Source: an uncultured Sandaracinaceae bacterium (GTDB lineage Bacteria > Myxococcota_A > Polyangia > Polyangiales > Houyiibacteriaceae). From it: a DNA stretch of 64,000 nucleotides. Location of the stretch: assembly GCA_964495565.1 (NCBI GenBank), contig CAZBWQ010000001.1:52166-116165 (forward strand), given 5' to 3'. The notes under the pieces were generated by a model. The model saw only the letters and a program-made list of their open reading frames with translations, was not told the DNA's origin and did no database searches. The position numbers and the translations under genes were made by a program. Below are positions 28,320 through 38,128 of the stretch, piece by piece; the stretch's first letter is position 1; every line of letters starts with the position of its first letter.

Positions 28320-29066
28320 ATGCTGGCCCGGACTGGCAGCTACCTGATTCCGTCTTTGCTCGTGCACGGTGCATTCTTCGCTGCGTTGGCGAGCTCACCG
28401 CCGCCGCTCGAGCGCGTGGCGATGACCCGGCCGGTCGAATTCACCGTGATCACGGATCTCGGTGGCGGACGCATCGGCGACGACGAGCAAATCGGCGATG
28501 CGGCGGAGCCGACGGAGCCACCCGAGCGCATTTTCCGAAAGGTCGAGCCCAAGCCGAAGCCCAAGCGCCACGCGCCGGTCGCCAAAGCATCCGAGGAAGC
28601 CAAACCCACCCCGAGCCCGGCTCGAGACGATGGGGACTCGTCATCGGAGGTCACCAGTGGCGCCGGCAGCGGTGAGGCAAGCGCTCACTCGATGATCCAT
28701 GGCTCGGCTGGCCGCGATCCAAATGCGACCTCTTCTGGGACGGGGAGTGGTCAAGAGGGAATCGATCGGCGGTCGGCGCTTCGTGCGTGGCTCCGCGAGA
28801 TTCAGCGCGAGGTGAACAAGATTGCCACGCGCAACTACCCGAGCGCAGCGATTCGCATGCGGCTCGAGGGTCGCCTTCGTCTGGGCATCACGATCGGGAA
28901 CGACGGGGAGATCATCTCGGTCCGGGTCCTGTCTTCGTCGGGACATGCCGTGCTCGACGATTCCGCAACTGCCTCGGTGATGAGCTTGCACATTCCCGCT
29001 CCGCCCGAAGCGCTCGGGTGGCGCGAACGGGAGATCTCGCTGCCAATCCGCTACGCACTTCAGTGA
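28320..29066 (+). CDS. tonB: energy transducer TonB
   Basis: It has an N-terminal TM segment, a Pro/Lys-rich spacer (EPKPKPKRHAP) and a C-terminal TonB_C-like domain (YPSAAIRMRLEGRLRLGITIGNDGEIISVRVLSSSGHAVLD). Confidence 0.8.
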   Translation: MLARTGSYLIPSLLVHGAFFAALASSPPPLERVAMTRPVEFTVITDLGGGRIGDDEQIGDAAEPTEPPERIFRKVEPKPKPKRHAPVAKASEEAKPTPSPARDDGDSSSEVTSGAGSGEASAHSMIHGSAGRDPNATSSGTGSGQEGIDRRSALRAWLREIQREVNKIATRNYPSAAIRMRLEGRLRLGITIGNDGEIISVRVLSSSGHAVLDDSATASVMSLHIPAPPEALGWREREISLPIRYALQ

Positions 29067-29098
29067 GGTTCGCGTTTCGGCGCAGGGAGCGACGTTTC

Positions 29099-30058
29099 TC
29101 AGTCAGCGCTCTTGCCGACGTGAAAGAACGTGTCGGCGATCTGCGACCCGAATCGGAGCAGAGCTTGCTGTACCTCGTCGAGGTACTCGTGCAGGCCCGA
29201 GGCGACGATCGAGTCTGCCGGACGTGAGCTCAGCTCCTTGAGGGCTTCGAGCGAATCACGAGGGAAAGACACGCTCTGCAAATCCTCATCGGCGAGCAGG
29301 CCATTCAAGGTCGACTCGATGTTGCTCATGCAGTGCGGCAACGATCGAGGGAATCGCGGGCTCAACAGAATGAAGCCCGCGACCGTGGTCGGGGTCATCT
29401 CGGCTGGGTACACGCGGCGATAACCGTGGTAGGCCGAAGCAGACCGCAAGAGCGCGTTCCACTGGGCGATGTCGACGGGCGAGCCGACGTCTTTCCAAGA
29501 TGGCAGCAGGGCGTGGTACTTGATGTCCACCAGGCGCGTGATTTGATCGGCGAGCTCGGTGAACGTCCCGAGCCGATAGAACGACCAGACTTGGTCTCGA
29601 TAGAGCGTGCCCGTCACGATTCCCGAATGGAGCTGGCAGCCTTCTTTGATGCGCCCGCAAAGACGCGAGAGCTCGGACAGCCGCAGGCTTCGTGTCGTCA
29701 AAGACGCAACCCAGTTGTAGAAGACGTTGAGCTGCACCCACGTTTCCAGACTGATCAAGTGGCGGATGCTTCGGGCGTTCTCCCGGGCCGCGCGAATGGC
29801 ACAGACGATCGAATTCGGATTCTCTCCATCGACGATGTAGAAACGGACGACGTTCTCGGACGTCGCGACGTCGTAATGTTCGAAGAAACGCTCCTCGTCG
29901 CAGTGGAGCCGAAGGATCGGGAGCCAGTCGTTGGCGCCGTGCACGTCGCGCGCGAAGGTCTCGTTGACTTCGAGGATGCGTGCGAGATTCTCGGCGCGTT
30001 CGACGTATCGCGCCATCCAATAGCTGTTCTCGGCGAATCTTGCGAGGAGACTACTCAA
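29099..30058 (-). CDS. alpha-E domain protein (DUF403)
   Basis: The N-terminus LLARFAENSYWMARYVERAENLARIL is the hallmark of the alpha-E family. An 8-nt overlap joins it to the upstream ATP-grasp gene. Confidence 0.85.
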   Translation of the reverse strand: MSSLLARFAENSYWMARYVERAENLARILEVNETFARDVHGANDWLPILRLHCDEERFFEHYDVATSENVVRFYIVDGENPNSIVCAIRAARENARSIRHLISLETWVQLNVFYNWVASLTTRSLRLSELSRLCGRIKEGCQLHSGIVTGTLYRDQVWSFYRLGTFTELADQITRLVDIKYHALLPSWKDVGSPVDIAQWNALLRSASAYHGYRRVYPAEMTPTTVAGFILLSPRFPRSLPHCMSNIESTLNGLLADEDLQSVSFPRDSLEALKELSSRPADSIVASGLHEYLDEVQQALLRFGSQIADTFFHVGKSAD

Positions 30059-31499
30059 GGACCCACGTATCCTTCGTGCCGCCGCCCTGCGACGAGTTGA
30101 CGACCAAAGAGCCCTTCCGTAGGGCGACTCGCGTCAACCCTCCGGGCAGGACCCAGCTCTCTTTGCCGGTGACGATGTAGGGGCGAAGATCGACGTGCCG
30201 CGGCTCGATGCCACCATCGACGAGCGTCGGGCAAACCGAAAGATCGACGACCGGCTGACTGATGTAGTTGGCTGGGTTCGCTTCGATCCGGGCGCGGCAC
30301 TCTTCGATCTGCGCTCGCGTGGCCTTGGGCCCGACCACCACCCCGTAGCCGCCGGACTCGCCCACGGGCTTGACCACGAGCTCTTCTAGGTGTTCGAGCG
30401 TGTACGCAAGACCCTCGGGCTCGCGACATAGATTCGTCTGGACGTTCTGCAGGATCGGGTCTTGGTCCAGGTAGTAGCGGATGATTCGGGGCATGTAGGC
30501 ATACATCGCTTTGTCGTCCGCCACGCCGGTCCCGACCGCGTTGGCAAGCGAAACGCGCCCTTCGCGGTAGACCCGGAAAAGACCTCGCACTCCGAGAAGG
30601 CTTTCGGGGTTGAACTGCTCCGGGTCGAGGAATGCGTCGTCGACGCGCCGATAAATCACGTCGACCGGCCGAAGGCCTCCGGTCGTCTTCATGTGTACGC
30701 GTCCCCCCTCGACGACGAGGTCGCGTCCTTCGACCAGCGGCACGCCCATCTCGCGGGCTAGAAACACGTGCTCGAAATAGGCCGAGTTGTAGACGCCAGG
30801 GGACATGAGCACGACGTTTGGATCGGTGACCCCGGGCGGTGCGATCTCCGCGAGCGCTGCGCGCAGATGCATGCCGTAATCCGAAACCTGGCGAAGACCG
30901 ACCTTGTCGGTGAGGTCTGGAAAGGCACGCATCATCAGGTGCCGGTTCTCCACGACGTAAGAGACACCCGACGGCGTTCGCGCGTTGTCTTCCAAGACGC
31001 GAAAGACGCCGTCACCACCCCGCACCAAGTCGATGCCGCAAATGCTCACGTACGTGTCGTGGGGAAGGTCGATCCCCTTCATTTCGGGGCGAAAGTTGCC
31101 ATTCTGGACGACGAGCTCCGCCGGCACCGTGCCGTCGTTCAAGATGTGTTGCTCGTGATAGATGTCGTAGAGGAACCGATTCAGCGCCGCGACCCGCTGC
31201 ACACATCCACGCTCGATGTGATCCCAATCGGAGCGAGAAAGAACCCGCGGAATCACGTCGAATGGAAGCACTCGATCGATCGCATTTCGATCGTCGTAGA
31301 CGGTGAAGGTGATGCCGAGATTGTAGAGCTCTCGATCGCTCGACTGGGCACGCCGCCGAAGACTGGAAATCTTCATCTGGCCCATCCGGTCTCGAATCAG
31401 CTCGGTGTGGGTTGCGGGTTGGCTGTCGCTGCCAAACATCTCGCAGAAGAATTTTCCGCGATCGTAGCTCGAAAACAGCCCTTTGTTGGAATCCGCCAA
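30051..31499 (-). CDS. circularly permuted type-2 ATP-grasp protein (DUF404/DUF407)
   Basis: 482 aa. The segments SSQGGGTKDTWVL at the C-terminus and VVKPVGESGGYGVVVGP are typical of CP_ATPgrasp_2. Confidence 0.85.
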   Translation of the reverse strand: MADSNKGLFSSYDRGKFFCEMFGSDSQPATHTELIRDRMGQMKISSLRRRAQSSDRELYNLGITFTVYDDRNAIDRVLPFDVIPRVLSRSDWDHIERGCVQRVAALNRFLYDIYHEQHILNDGTVPAELVVQNGNFRPEMKGIDLPHDTYVSICGIDLVRGGDGVFRVLEDNARTPSGVSYVVENRHLMMRAFPDLTDKVGLRQVSDYGMHLRAALAEIAPPGVTDPNVVLMSPGVYNSAYFEHVFLAREMGVPLVEGRDLVVEGGRVHMKTTGGLRPVDVIYRRVDDAFLDPEQFNPESLLGVRGLFRVYREGRVSLANAVGTGVADDKAMYAYMPRIIRYYLDQDPILQNVQTNLCREPEGLAYTLEHLEELVVKPVGESGGYGVVVGPKATRAQIEECRARIEANPANYISQPVVDLSVCPTLVDGGIEPRHVDLRPYIVTGKESWVLPGGLTRVALRKGSLVVNSSQGGGTKDTWVLE

Positions 31500-31607
31500 C
31501 GACCCTCTGCAACTCCCCGGTGAGAGCCGAATCTATGGCAGAAACCGCATCTTTTCGCAAGCGATTCGGGATGGTCGAGGGCGGGAGAACGGGTTAGCGT
31601 GTTCGCA

Positions 31608-32579
31608 ATGAAGGCAATTCGAGTCACGAAGTTCGGGGATCCCTCGTCGGTTTCCGTGGCAGAGGTGGAGGAGCGCGCGCCAAACGCTCACGAGGTCAAG
31701 GTCCGTGTGCACGGGGTGGGCGTGGGTTACTTCGACGGCCTTCTCATCAAGGGAGAGTACCAGATCAAGCCACCCCTGCCGTTCGTGCCCGGTAGCTCGC
31801 TTTCCGGGATCGTGGAAGAGGTGGGCACCCAAGTCGAAGGGCTCCGGCGCGGCGACCACGTCGCAGGGTTTTCGTTGCTCGGAGGTCTTGCCGAGCACAC
31901 GTGTCTCCCAGCCAATTTCGTTTTCAAAGTTTCGGAGACCATCCCACTCGATGACGCGGCGAACTTTTTCATCGCGTACTCCACGGCGGTCTTCGGCTTG
32001 AGCCAGCTCGCCGACACGAAGCCCGGCGAGACCGTTCTGATCCTCGGAGCTTCGGGTACGACCGGATCGACTGCCATCGACGTCGCCAAGGCAATCGGTG
32101 CCAAGGTCATCGCATGCGCTTCCTCGGAAGCGAAGCGAGACCACTGCCTCGAGCTAGGCGCCGACGCGGTCGTCGACTACACCCAATCGGACTGGCGCAA
32201 GGAGGTCAAAGTTGCGACCGGCGGGCGCGGCGTCGACGTGGTTTTCGATCCGATCGGCGGCGATTTCGCCGAGCCGGCGCTCCGATCGATGGGGCCGCAC
32301 GGCCGCTACTTGGTCGTCGGTTTCGTGGCGGGGATTCCCAAGCTTCCGCTCAACTTGCCTCTGATCAAACGGTGCTCCGTGATCGGAGTGAACTGGGGCG
32401 GCGAAGTGTTCGCGAACCCCGAGATCGTTCCTCCGGTCATCGGTCAGATCTTGGATTGGGCCGAGCAAGGGAAGCTCCATTCGGCGCCGGCCGCGGTCTA
32501 CCCGATGGATCGGGCGGGCGAGGCATTTTCGTCTCTATTCAATCGAAGCTCCCGCGGCACGATCGTCATTCGCTGCTGA
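31608..32579 (+). CDS. NADPH:quinone oxidoreductase / MDR zinc-type dehydrogenase family
   Basis: MKAIRVTKFGDPS...; the Rossmann motif VLILGASGTTGSTAI is present. The ORF opens with GTG at 31599, and the ATG is at 31608. Confidence 0.85.
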   Translation: MKAIRVTKFGDPSSVSVAEVEERAPNAHEVKVRVHGVGVGYFDGLLIKGEYQIKPPLPFVPGSSLSGIVEEVGTQVEGLRRGDHVAGFSLLGGLAEHTCLPANFVFKVSETIPLDDAANFFIAYSTAVFGLSQLADTKPGETVLILGASGTTGSTAIDVAKAIGAKVIACASSEAKRDHCLELGADAVVDYTQSDWRKEVKVATGGRGVDVVFDPIGGDFAEPALRSMGPHGRYLVVGFVAGIPKLPLNLPLIKRCSVIGVNWGGEVFANPEIVPPVIGQILDWAEQGKLHSAPAAVYPMDRAGEAFSSLFNRSSRGTIVIRC

Positions 32580-32644
32580 AGAACCGTCACCGGCACGGTC
32601 GTCTCCGTGCGCTATAGTCACCCGACCATCCTCGGAGAAAACGA

Positions 32645-34399
32645 ATGTACGACCTCAAGATCGCAGGAGGAACCTTGGTCGATGGAACCGGTGCAGAGCG
32701 GCGGACCGGCGACGTCGGCATCAAGGCTGGCAGGATCGTCGCGGTAGGAAAGTGTGATGAAGGCGCCGTCCGAACGATCGATGCGAGTGGAGCCATCGTC
32801 ACTCCCGGCTTCGTGGACATCCACACGCACTACGATGGGCAGATCAGCTGGGATGAAGAGCTTGCACCCTCGTCGATTCACGGTGTGACGACCTGCGTGA
32901 TGGGTAGCTGCGGTGTCGGCTTTGCACCGGTACGCCCCTCCGATCACGACAAGCTCATCGAGTTGATGGAGGGTGTCGAAGACATCCCCGGCACGGCGCT
33001 TTCCGAAGGCATCACCTGGGCCTGGGAAAGCTTCCCCGAGTACATGGACGCCCTCGATCGGATGCCTCATTCGATCGACTTCCTCGCCCAAGTGCCTCAC
33101 GACGCGCTACGCGTCTACGTGATGGGCGACCGTGCGGTTCATGACGAGGTCGCGACTACTGAAGACGTCGCGCGGATGCGGGCGTTGCTTCGCGAAGCCC
33201 TCGAAGCGGGAGCTGCAGGGTTCAGCACGGGCCGAAGCGACAATCACCGGAGCGCGGTTGGCGACTGGACGCCGGCGTCCGAAGCATCTGCAGACGAGTT
33301 GGCCGGCATTTCGGCCGCCTTCCAGGGCTTGAGGCACGGCGTGCTCCAGGCAGTCAGCGACTTCAACATCTTGCATGGGGATGAGCACTTCGATGCGGAG
33401 TGGAACGTCCTCGAGCAGATGCTCCGAGCCGCAGGAGGCCGCCCGATGAGCGTTTCCACGATGCAGCGCGATCACAGCCCCGAGCAATGGAGATGGATTT
33501 TCGAACGTGCGCAGAAGGCCACCGACGAAGGCTTCGACGTCCGCTGTCAGGTCGGCGCACGCGGCATCGGCGTGATGCTCGGCCTTCAAGCCACGTTTCA
33601 CCCGTTCATGGGGTTCCCGAGCTACAAGTCGATCAGCCACCTTCCCCTCGCCGAACGCGTCAGGGCCATGCGCGATCCCGCGCTCAAGGCGAAGATGATC
33701 TCGGAAAAGAGTGAGCCCGTCGCCGGAGACGGCAGCATGCTTCCTCCGTTGGCGGACTTTTTTCTTTCCAATCTCGACATGGTCGCGATGCGGCTTTTCC
33801 GTTTGGGCGAAAGGCCAAACTACGAGCCATCACCGACCGAGAGCTTCGGGGCTGCTGCGATGGCGACCGGGGAGCCGGTGCTTGGCTTGATATACGACGC
33901 GATGCTCGAGCAGGAGGGACGGGCGCTCCTTTATTTCCCGGTTTACAACTACTCGGGGATGAGTCTCGACGCCGTGCACGAAATGCTCACACATCCCCTG
34001 GCACTTCCGGGTTTGAGCGACGGCGGCGCGCACGTGGGGACGATCTGCGACGCCAGCTTCACCACCTTCTTGTTGACCCACTGGGCGCGGTCGCGCCAAA
34101 GCGGCCGGATCCCGCTCGAGCGAATTGTTCAGATGCAAACCCACGACACCGCGCGATTCATCGGCTTGACGGACCGCGGGCTGCTCGCACCTGGGCAGAA
34201 AGCCGACATCAACGTCATCGACTTCGAAAACCTCGAGCTCCATGCTCCGACCATGATCAACGACCTGCCCGCGGGAGGCCGAAGGCTGATGCAGCGAGCG
34301 GAAGGCTACCTCGCCACGTTGGTGAGCGGAGAAGTGATCGCGGAAAAGGGCATGCTCACCGGCGCACGGCCGGGGCGGCTGGTTCGCATGGGAGCGTGA
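32645..34399 (+). CDS. N-acyl-D-amino-acid deacylase (D-aminoacylase) family amidohydrolase
   Basis: The N-terminus [34 protein letters not shown] and the metal motif [12 protein letters not shown] are present. Length is 584 aa. Confidence 0.85.
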   Translation: MYDLKIAGGTLVDGTGAERRTGDVGIKAGRIVAVGKCDEGAVRTIDASGAIVTPGFVDIHTHYDGQISWDEELAPSSIHGVTTCVMGSCGVGFAPVRPSDHDKLIELMEGVEDIPGTALSEGITWAWESFPEYMDALDRMPHSIDFLAQVPHDALRVYVMGDRAVHDEVATTEDVARMRALLREALEAGAAGFSTGRSDNHRSAVGDWTPASEASADELAGISAAFQGLRHGVLQAVSDFNILHGDEHFDAEWNVLEQMLRAAGGRPMSVSTMQRDHSPEQWRWIFERAQKATDEGFDVRCQVGARGIGVMLGLQATFHPFMGFPSYKSISHLPLAERVRAMRDPALKAKMISEKSEPVAGDGSMLPPLADFFLSNLDMVAMRLFRLGERPNYEPSPTESFGAAAMATGEPVLGLIYDAMLEQEGRALLYFPVYNYSGMSLDAVHEMLTHPLALPGLSDGGAHVGTICDASFTTFLLTHWARSRQSGRIPLERIVQMQTHDTARFIGLTDRGLLAPGQKADINVIDFENLELHAPTMINDLPAGGRRLMQRAEGYLATLVSGEVIAEKGMLTGARPGRLVRMGA

Positions 34400-35418
34400 A
34401 CGCCATGCAAGGAAGAGTGAACGCATTCATCCTACTCGTTGCCATCGCGGCCTTCGCCCTGCCGGGGCGTAGCTTCGTTTCATCCGCCGATGCCGAAGGC
34501 CCCATCGTCATTCGATTTGCCTCGCTTGCGCCGGCAGGCTCTGGATTCGACAAGATCACGAAGGCTTGGAATCGGAGCATCAAGAAAGAAACGGAAGGGC
34601 GGGTCGCGCTTCGTATCTACTCGGGAGGTAGCCAGGGGGACGAGCGCGACTTCGTTCGCAAGATTCGCGCGGGACAGATGGACGCAGCGGGTATTTCCAC
34701 GACGGGTCTCGGCATGGTCGCCAGACCCGTGCTCGTGTTGACCGCCCCGGGCTTGATCACCGAATACGACGAGCTCGTCAAAGCGCGGACCACGTTGCAC
34801 GATCGGTTCAGCAAGCTCTTCGAGGAGGCTGGTTTCGTCTTGTTGAATTGGGGGGAGGCCGGCAAGAATCGACTGTTTTCGGCCGAGTCGTTTGCCCGAC
34901 CCGAAGACTTGAAGTCGGGCCGGCCCTGGGTGTGGAAAGACGATCCCGTGTTCGCGGAGCTGATCGACGTCATCGGCGCGAACCCGGTGCGGATGGGACT
35001 CCCAGAGGTCTACGGGGGCTTGCAAACCCGGATGGTGGATACGGTGCCTATTTCCGCCCTCGCTGCAGTTGCCCTTCAGTGGTACACACGGCTCGAGTAC
35101 ATGGCGAAGCAAAACCTCAGCATCATGATCGGGGGCGCCATCCTCAAGAAAGAGAAGTTCGACGAGCTGACCGAGCACGATCAGAAGGTCTTACTCGAAA
35201 CCAGCGCAAGAGCGGCGAAAGCCAACGATCAACTCGTCAGGCGTGACGACGCACGAGCGTATGCGGCGCTCCTCGAGCGCGGGATCGTCGAAGTGGACTT
35301 GTCCGAGTTCGAGGACGAATGGAATCGTGCTTACAAGCGCGCCAGAGAAGACCTGGTGGGACGCGTCTACAGCAAGAGCTTGCTTCAGGCGGTCGAAAAA
35401 GTCGTCGCTGGCGACTGA
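34396..35418 (+). CDS. TRAP-transporter DctP-type periplasmic solute-binding protein (orphan)
   Basis: A GTGA overlap joins it to the deacylase stop. It has a signal peptide and DctP-like segments ([29 protein letters not shown]). No DctQ/DctM genes lie nearby. Confidence 0.75.
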   Translation: MNAMQGRVNAFILLVAIAAFALPGRSFVSSADAEGPIVIRFASLAPAGSGFDKITKAWNRSIKKETEGRVALRIYSGGSQGDERDFVRKIRAGQMDAAGISTTGLGMVARPVLVLTAPGLITEYDELVKARTTLHDRFSKLFEEAGFVLLNWGEAGKNRLFSAESFARPEDLKSGRPWVWKDDPVFAELIDVIGANPVRMGLPEVYGGLQTRMVDTVPISALAAVALQWYTRLEYMAKQNLSIMIGGAILKKEKFDELTEHDQKVLLETSARAAKANDQLVRRDDARAYAALLERGIVEVDLSEFEDEWNRAYKRAREDLVGRVYSKSLLQAVEKVVAGD

Positions 35419-35435
35419 GATTGCGACCGTAGCAA

Positions 35436-35810
35436 ATGGCATCGCGCAGAAAGCACCGTTTGCTTCGACAGGCGGCGCTGGCCGACCGCACCTTCGTGCC
35501 CAAGGAGTGGAGAGGACAGGAGGTTCTCGAGGGCAAATGCATCCACTGCAATGCGAAGCTGGTCATTCGGGCCGACGGTGCGCCGCTCGGCGGGGCCACC
35601 CTCGAGCACATCGTTCCAAAGACCCATGGCGGGACGGATGCGATCGAAAACCTCGCTCTTGCATGTGCGCGCTGCAATGCGGAAAAAGGAATTCGGCACG
35701 ATCACAAGCGCGCCGACGACCCTAGGCTGCGCTCCATGATCGAGCGCCTTCAGCGGCGCAAGAGGGAACGGCTCCGGAAGCCAGACGAGCGCGGGGGGTC
35801 TTCTTGGTGA
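35436..35810 (+). CDS. HNH endonuclease domain protein
   Basis: C-x2-C ... LEHIVPKTHGGTDAIENLALACARCNAEKG is a complete HNH/zinc-finger signature. Length is 124 aa, with a basic C-terminal tail. Confidence 0.8.
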   Translation: MASRRKHRLLRQAALADRTFVPKEWRGQEVLEGKCIHCNAKLVIRADGAPLGGATLEHIVPKTHGGTDAIENLALACARCNAEKGIRHDHKRADDPRLRSMIERLQRRKRERLRKPDERGGSSW

Positions 35811-38128
35811 GCCATGTCCGGCTGTTTTTCGCGCTTTCGGTGCTCGCCGTCACGGGGTGCTCCAGCGACGGAAACGAAGACGCCCTGCCGCTCACCATCG
35901 TCGAGTCATCGGGCGTTCGAAGCCCGGAGCTGCTCAATGATGGGGAGCGCGCCTTCGAAGGGGCTCGCTGGGATTCGGATGGCGCCGCTCATTTCGTCAC
36001 CAAACGAGCCTTCGTCACGTTCGATCTCGGCGCGCTCCGACCCATCGATGCGGCCTACATTCAGGGTGACAACAACGATCGATTCGTCTTGGAGTCCTCC
36101 GAGGACGGAGCGCGCTTCGTTCCGCTCTGGACGGCACCCGCGGTGGCCGGTCAAGGGCACCGCGCGCGCTGGGAAAGCGGGCTCCGGGGCCGCGGGCGGT
36201 TCATTCGGTTGCGGGGCTTGGGGGGAGACGCGTTGGTCACCGCGACCGAGATCCAGGTGTTCGAAGCCAAGCCTTCTGTTTGGCCGCCGGAGATTCCGCC
36301 CCGCTTCGAGCTCAGTCGCTCGTTTTGGGCGCAGCTTTCGTTGGGATTGTTCGGTTTGTTTGCCGTGCTCGCTGCGGCGCTCCACCAACGTGGCTCACGA
36401 CGCGCGCTTTCGCGGGCCTTGTGGACGTCGACGGCAATCGGCGCCCTTGCCTCGATTTACGCGATCGCCGCCATGTGGCCGCCCGACGAGAAGATCATCG
36501 ACCTGTCACGGGCGGTGGCAGCAACGGTGGCATGCGCAGCGGTTTTGCGGGCGGGGCTCCGCCCCAGAGCTGCAAGCCAGCCGATGTTGACGGGGTTGCT
36601 CGCCGCGATGGCCGTGTTGTCGATCGTCACGTTCTACGATTTCGGCTACCCGCAATTCCACGACACCGCAGATCGAGAGCCATCCTACGTGCACACGTGG
36701 GACCTCCGTGTGTACTTCCCTGCGGCGAAATACTTCGAGGAGCTCGGGTACGACGGGGTGTACCTCGCGAGCGTCAAAGCCTACGCCGATGAAGAGCTCG
36801 GTGGCTCGCTCGAACCGATCGGGCACATCAGGATGCGGGACCTTCGAACCTACGAGATGCGGCCGATCGCCGACGTCGCCTCGGAGATCCATGAGGTCAA
36901 AGAGCGCTTTTCGACCGAGCGTTGGCGCGAGCTCACGAAGGACATGTCCTACTTCTGGACGACCATGGGTCCGCAGGCGTACCTCGGCAGCCTTCGCGAC
37001 CACGGGGCCAACGCGACCCCGGCATGGCTCTTGGTCGCACACTGGATCTACGGCTCGGCCGATGCGAGCGATCGGACGTTCCTCCTCGGCGCTCTTCTCG
37101 ACCCGGCCTTGCTGTTGCTCTTCTTCCTGGTCGCGTGGCGGACGTTTGGTCTTCGCCCGGCGCTGGTCTGCATCGTGGCCTATGGCGCGACCACGATCTA
37201 CCAGTTCGGGAGCAATTGGGGCGGGTCGACCTTGCGGAACGATTGGATGGTCTTGCTGGGGCTCGGCGTGTGTGCGCTCGCCGCGAGGCGGCCGTTCCTC
37301 GCTGGTCTCTTGCTCGGATGGAGCGCCATGATTCGGGCATTTCCTTTGTTGGCGCTTCTGTTTTTGGCAGCACCGTTGGCCTGGAAGGTGCTCACCATAT
37401 GGATGGCGCGCCGTGACGGCTCGCGTGCCAGCCTCTTCGCACCCGTGCTGCCGCTCTTCAAAGCCGCAGCCGGTGCGTTGTCGATCGCGCTCGTGCTCGG
37501 AGCGCTTTCCACCAGCACCTTCGGATTCGAAAAATCGTGGGGCTCTTGGTCCGAAAAGATTGCGCTCCACGCGAACAAGCCCAACGTCAATCATCTCGGA
37601 GTCACCGCGCTCGTCGGTTACAAGACCGAGAATCTCTGGCACGAGCTGCGAGCCCGCGGCGAAGACCCTCAGCAGTGGGGACCGCGGACGGCGCAAACGG
37701 TGCGAGACAGGCGCTGGATCATCGCGCTTTCGATGCTCTTCTTCACCGTCCTGGGTGTCTGGGCCTGTCGCGAAGCGCGACTCTCCGACGCGGCCGTCAT
37801 CGGAACCATGATGATTCCCGTCTATTTCTATCCAGCAAACTACTATCTGCACATCCTGTTCGTTTGGCCTCTCCTCCATGCGGCCACGAGGGATGGACCG
37901 AGGCACGACTCGCACTGGGCCCTCATCGCCGCATCGGTCCTCGCATGCTGCGCCATCCAGTGGTTCGGTTGGCTGATCCCAGGTCGCTACGGTCAGTACC
38001 TGTTCTGGAGCGGCACATTGCTCGTCTTGATTGCCGCGCTGCTGTCGATCACAATCGCCGCGCAGCGCCGTGGGCCGTCGCGCGTTTCGCTTCGCGATTC
38101 GACCCTGCGGACCGCCCTCGAGACATGA
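35804..38128 (+). CDS. lipoprotein-anchored discoidin (F5/8 type C)-like domain fused to a polytopic GT-C/DUF2029-like membrane domain
   Basis: The TTG/GTG start overlaps the HNH stop. A lipobox is present (LAVTGCSS). The segment FVTFDLGALRPIDAAYIQGDNNDRFVLESSEDGARFVPLW is discoidin-like. About 12 TM segments follow. Confidence 0.6.
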   Translation: MVSHVRLFFALSVLAVTGCSSDGNEDALPLTIVESSGVRSPELLNDGERAFEGARWDSDGAAHFVTKRAFVTFDLGALRPIDAAYIQGDNNDRFVLESSEDGARFVPLWTAPAVAGQGHRARWESGLRGRGRFIRLRGLGGDALVTATEIQVFEAKPSVWPPEIPPRFELSRSFWAQLSLGLFGLFAVLAAALHQRGSRRALSRALWTSTAIGALASIYAIAAMWPPDEKIIDLSRAVAATVACAAVLRAGLRPRAASQPMLTGLLAAMAVLSIVTFYDFGYPQFHDTADREPSYVHTWDLRVYFPAAKYFEELGYDGVYLASVKAYADEELGGSLEPIGHIRMRDLRTYEMRPIADVASEIHEVKERFSTERWRELTKDMSYFWTTMGPQAYLGSLRDHGANATPAWLLVAHWIYGSADASDRTFLLGALLDPALLLLFFLVAWRTFGLRPALVCIVAYGATTIYQFGSNWGGSTLRNDWMVLLGLGVCALAARRPFLAGLLLGWSAMIRAFPLLALLFLAAPLAWKVLTIWMARRDGSRASLFAPVLPLFKAAAGALSIALVLGALSTSTFGFEKSWGSWSEKIALHANKPNVNHLGVTALVGYKTENLWHELRARGEDPQQWGPRTAQTVRDRRWIIALSMLFFTVLGVWACREARLSDAAVIGTMMIPVYFYPANYYLHILFVWPLLHAATRDGPRHDSHWALIAASVLACCAIQWFGWLIPGRYGQYLFWSGTLLVLIAALLSITIAAQRRGPSRVSLRDSTLRTALET

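Noticed and set aside
35436-35810. The HNH gene as a marker of a prophage, mobile element or restriction-modification/defence island
   Set aside because: No integrase, transposase, terminase, methyltransferase, flanking direct repeats, tRNA target or compositional shift is visible around it. It is kept only as an unexplained stand-alone nuclease.
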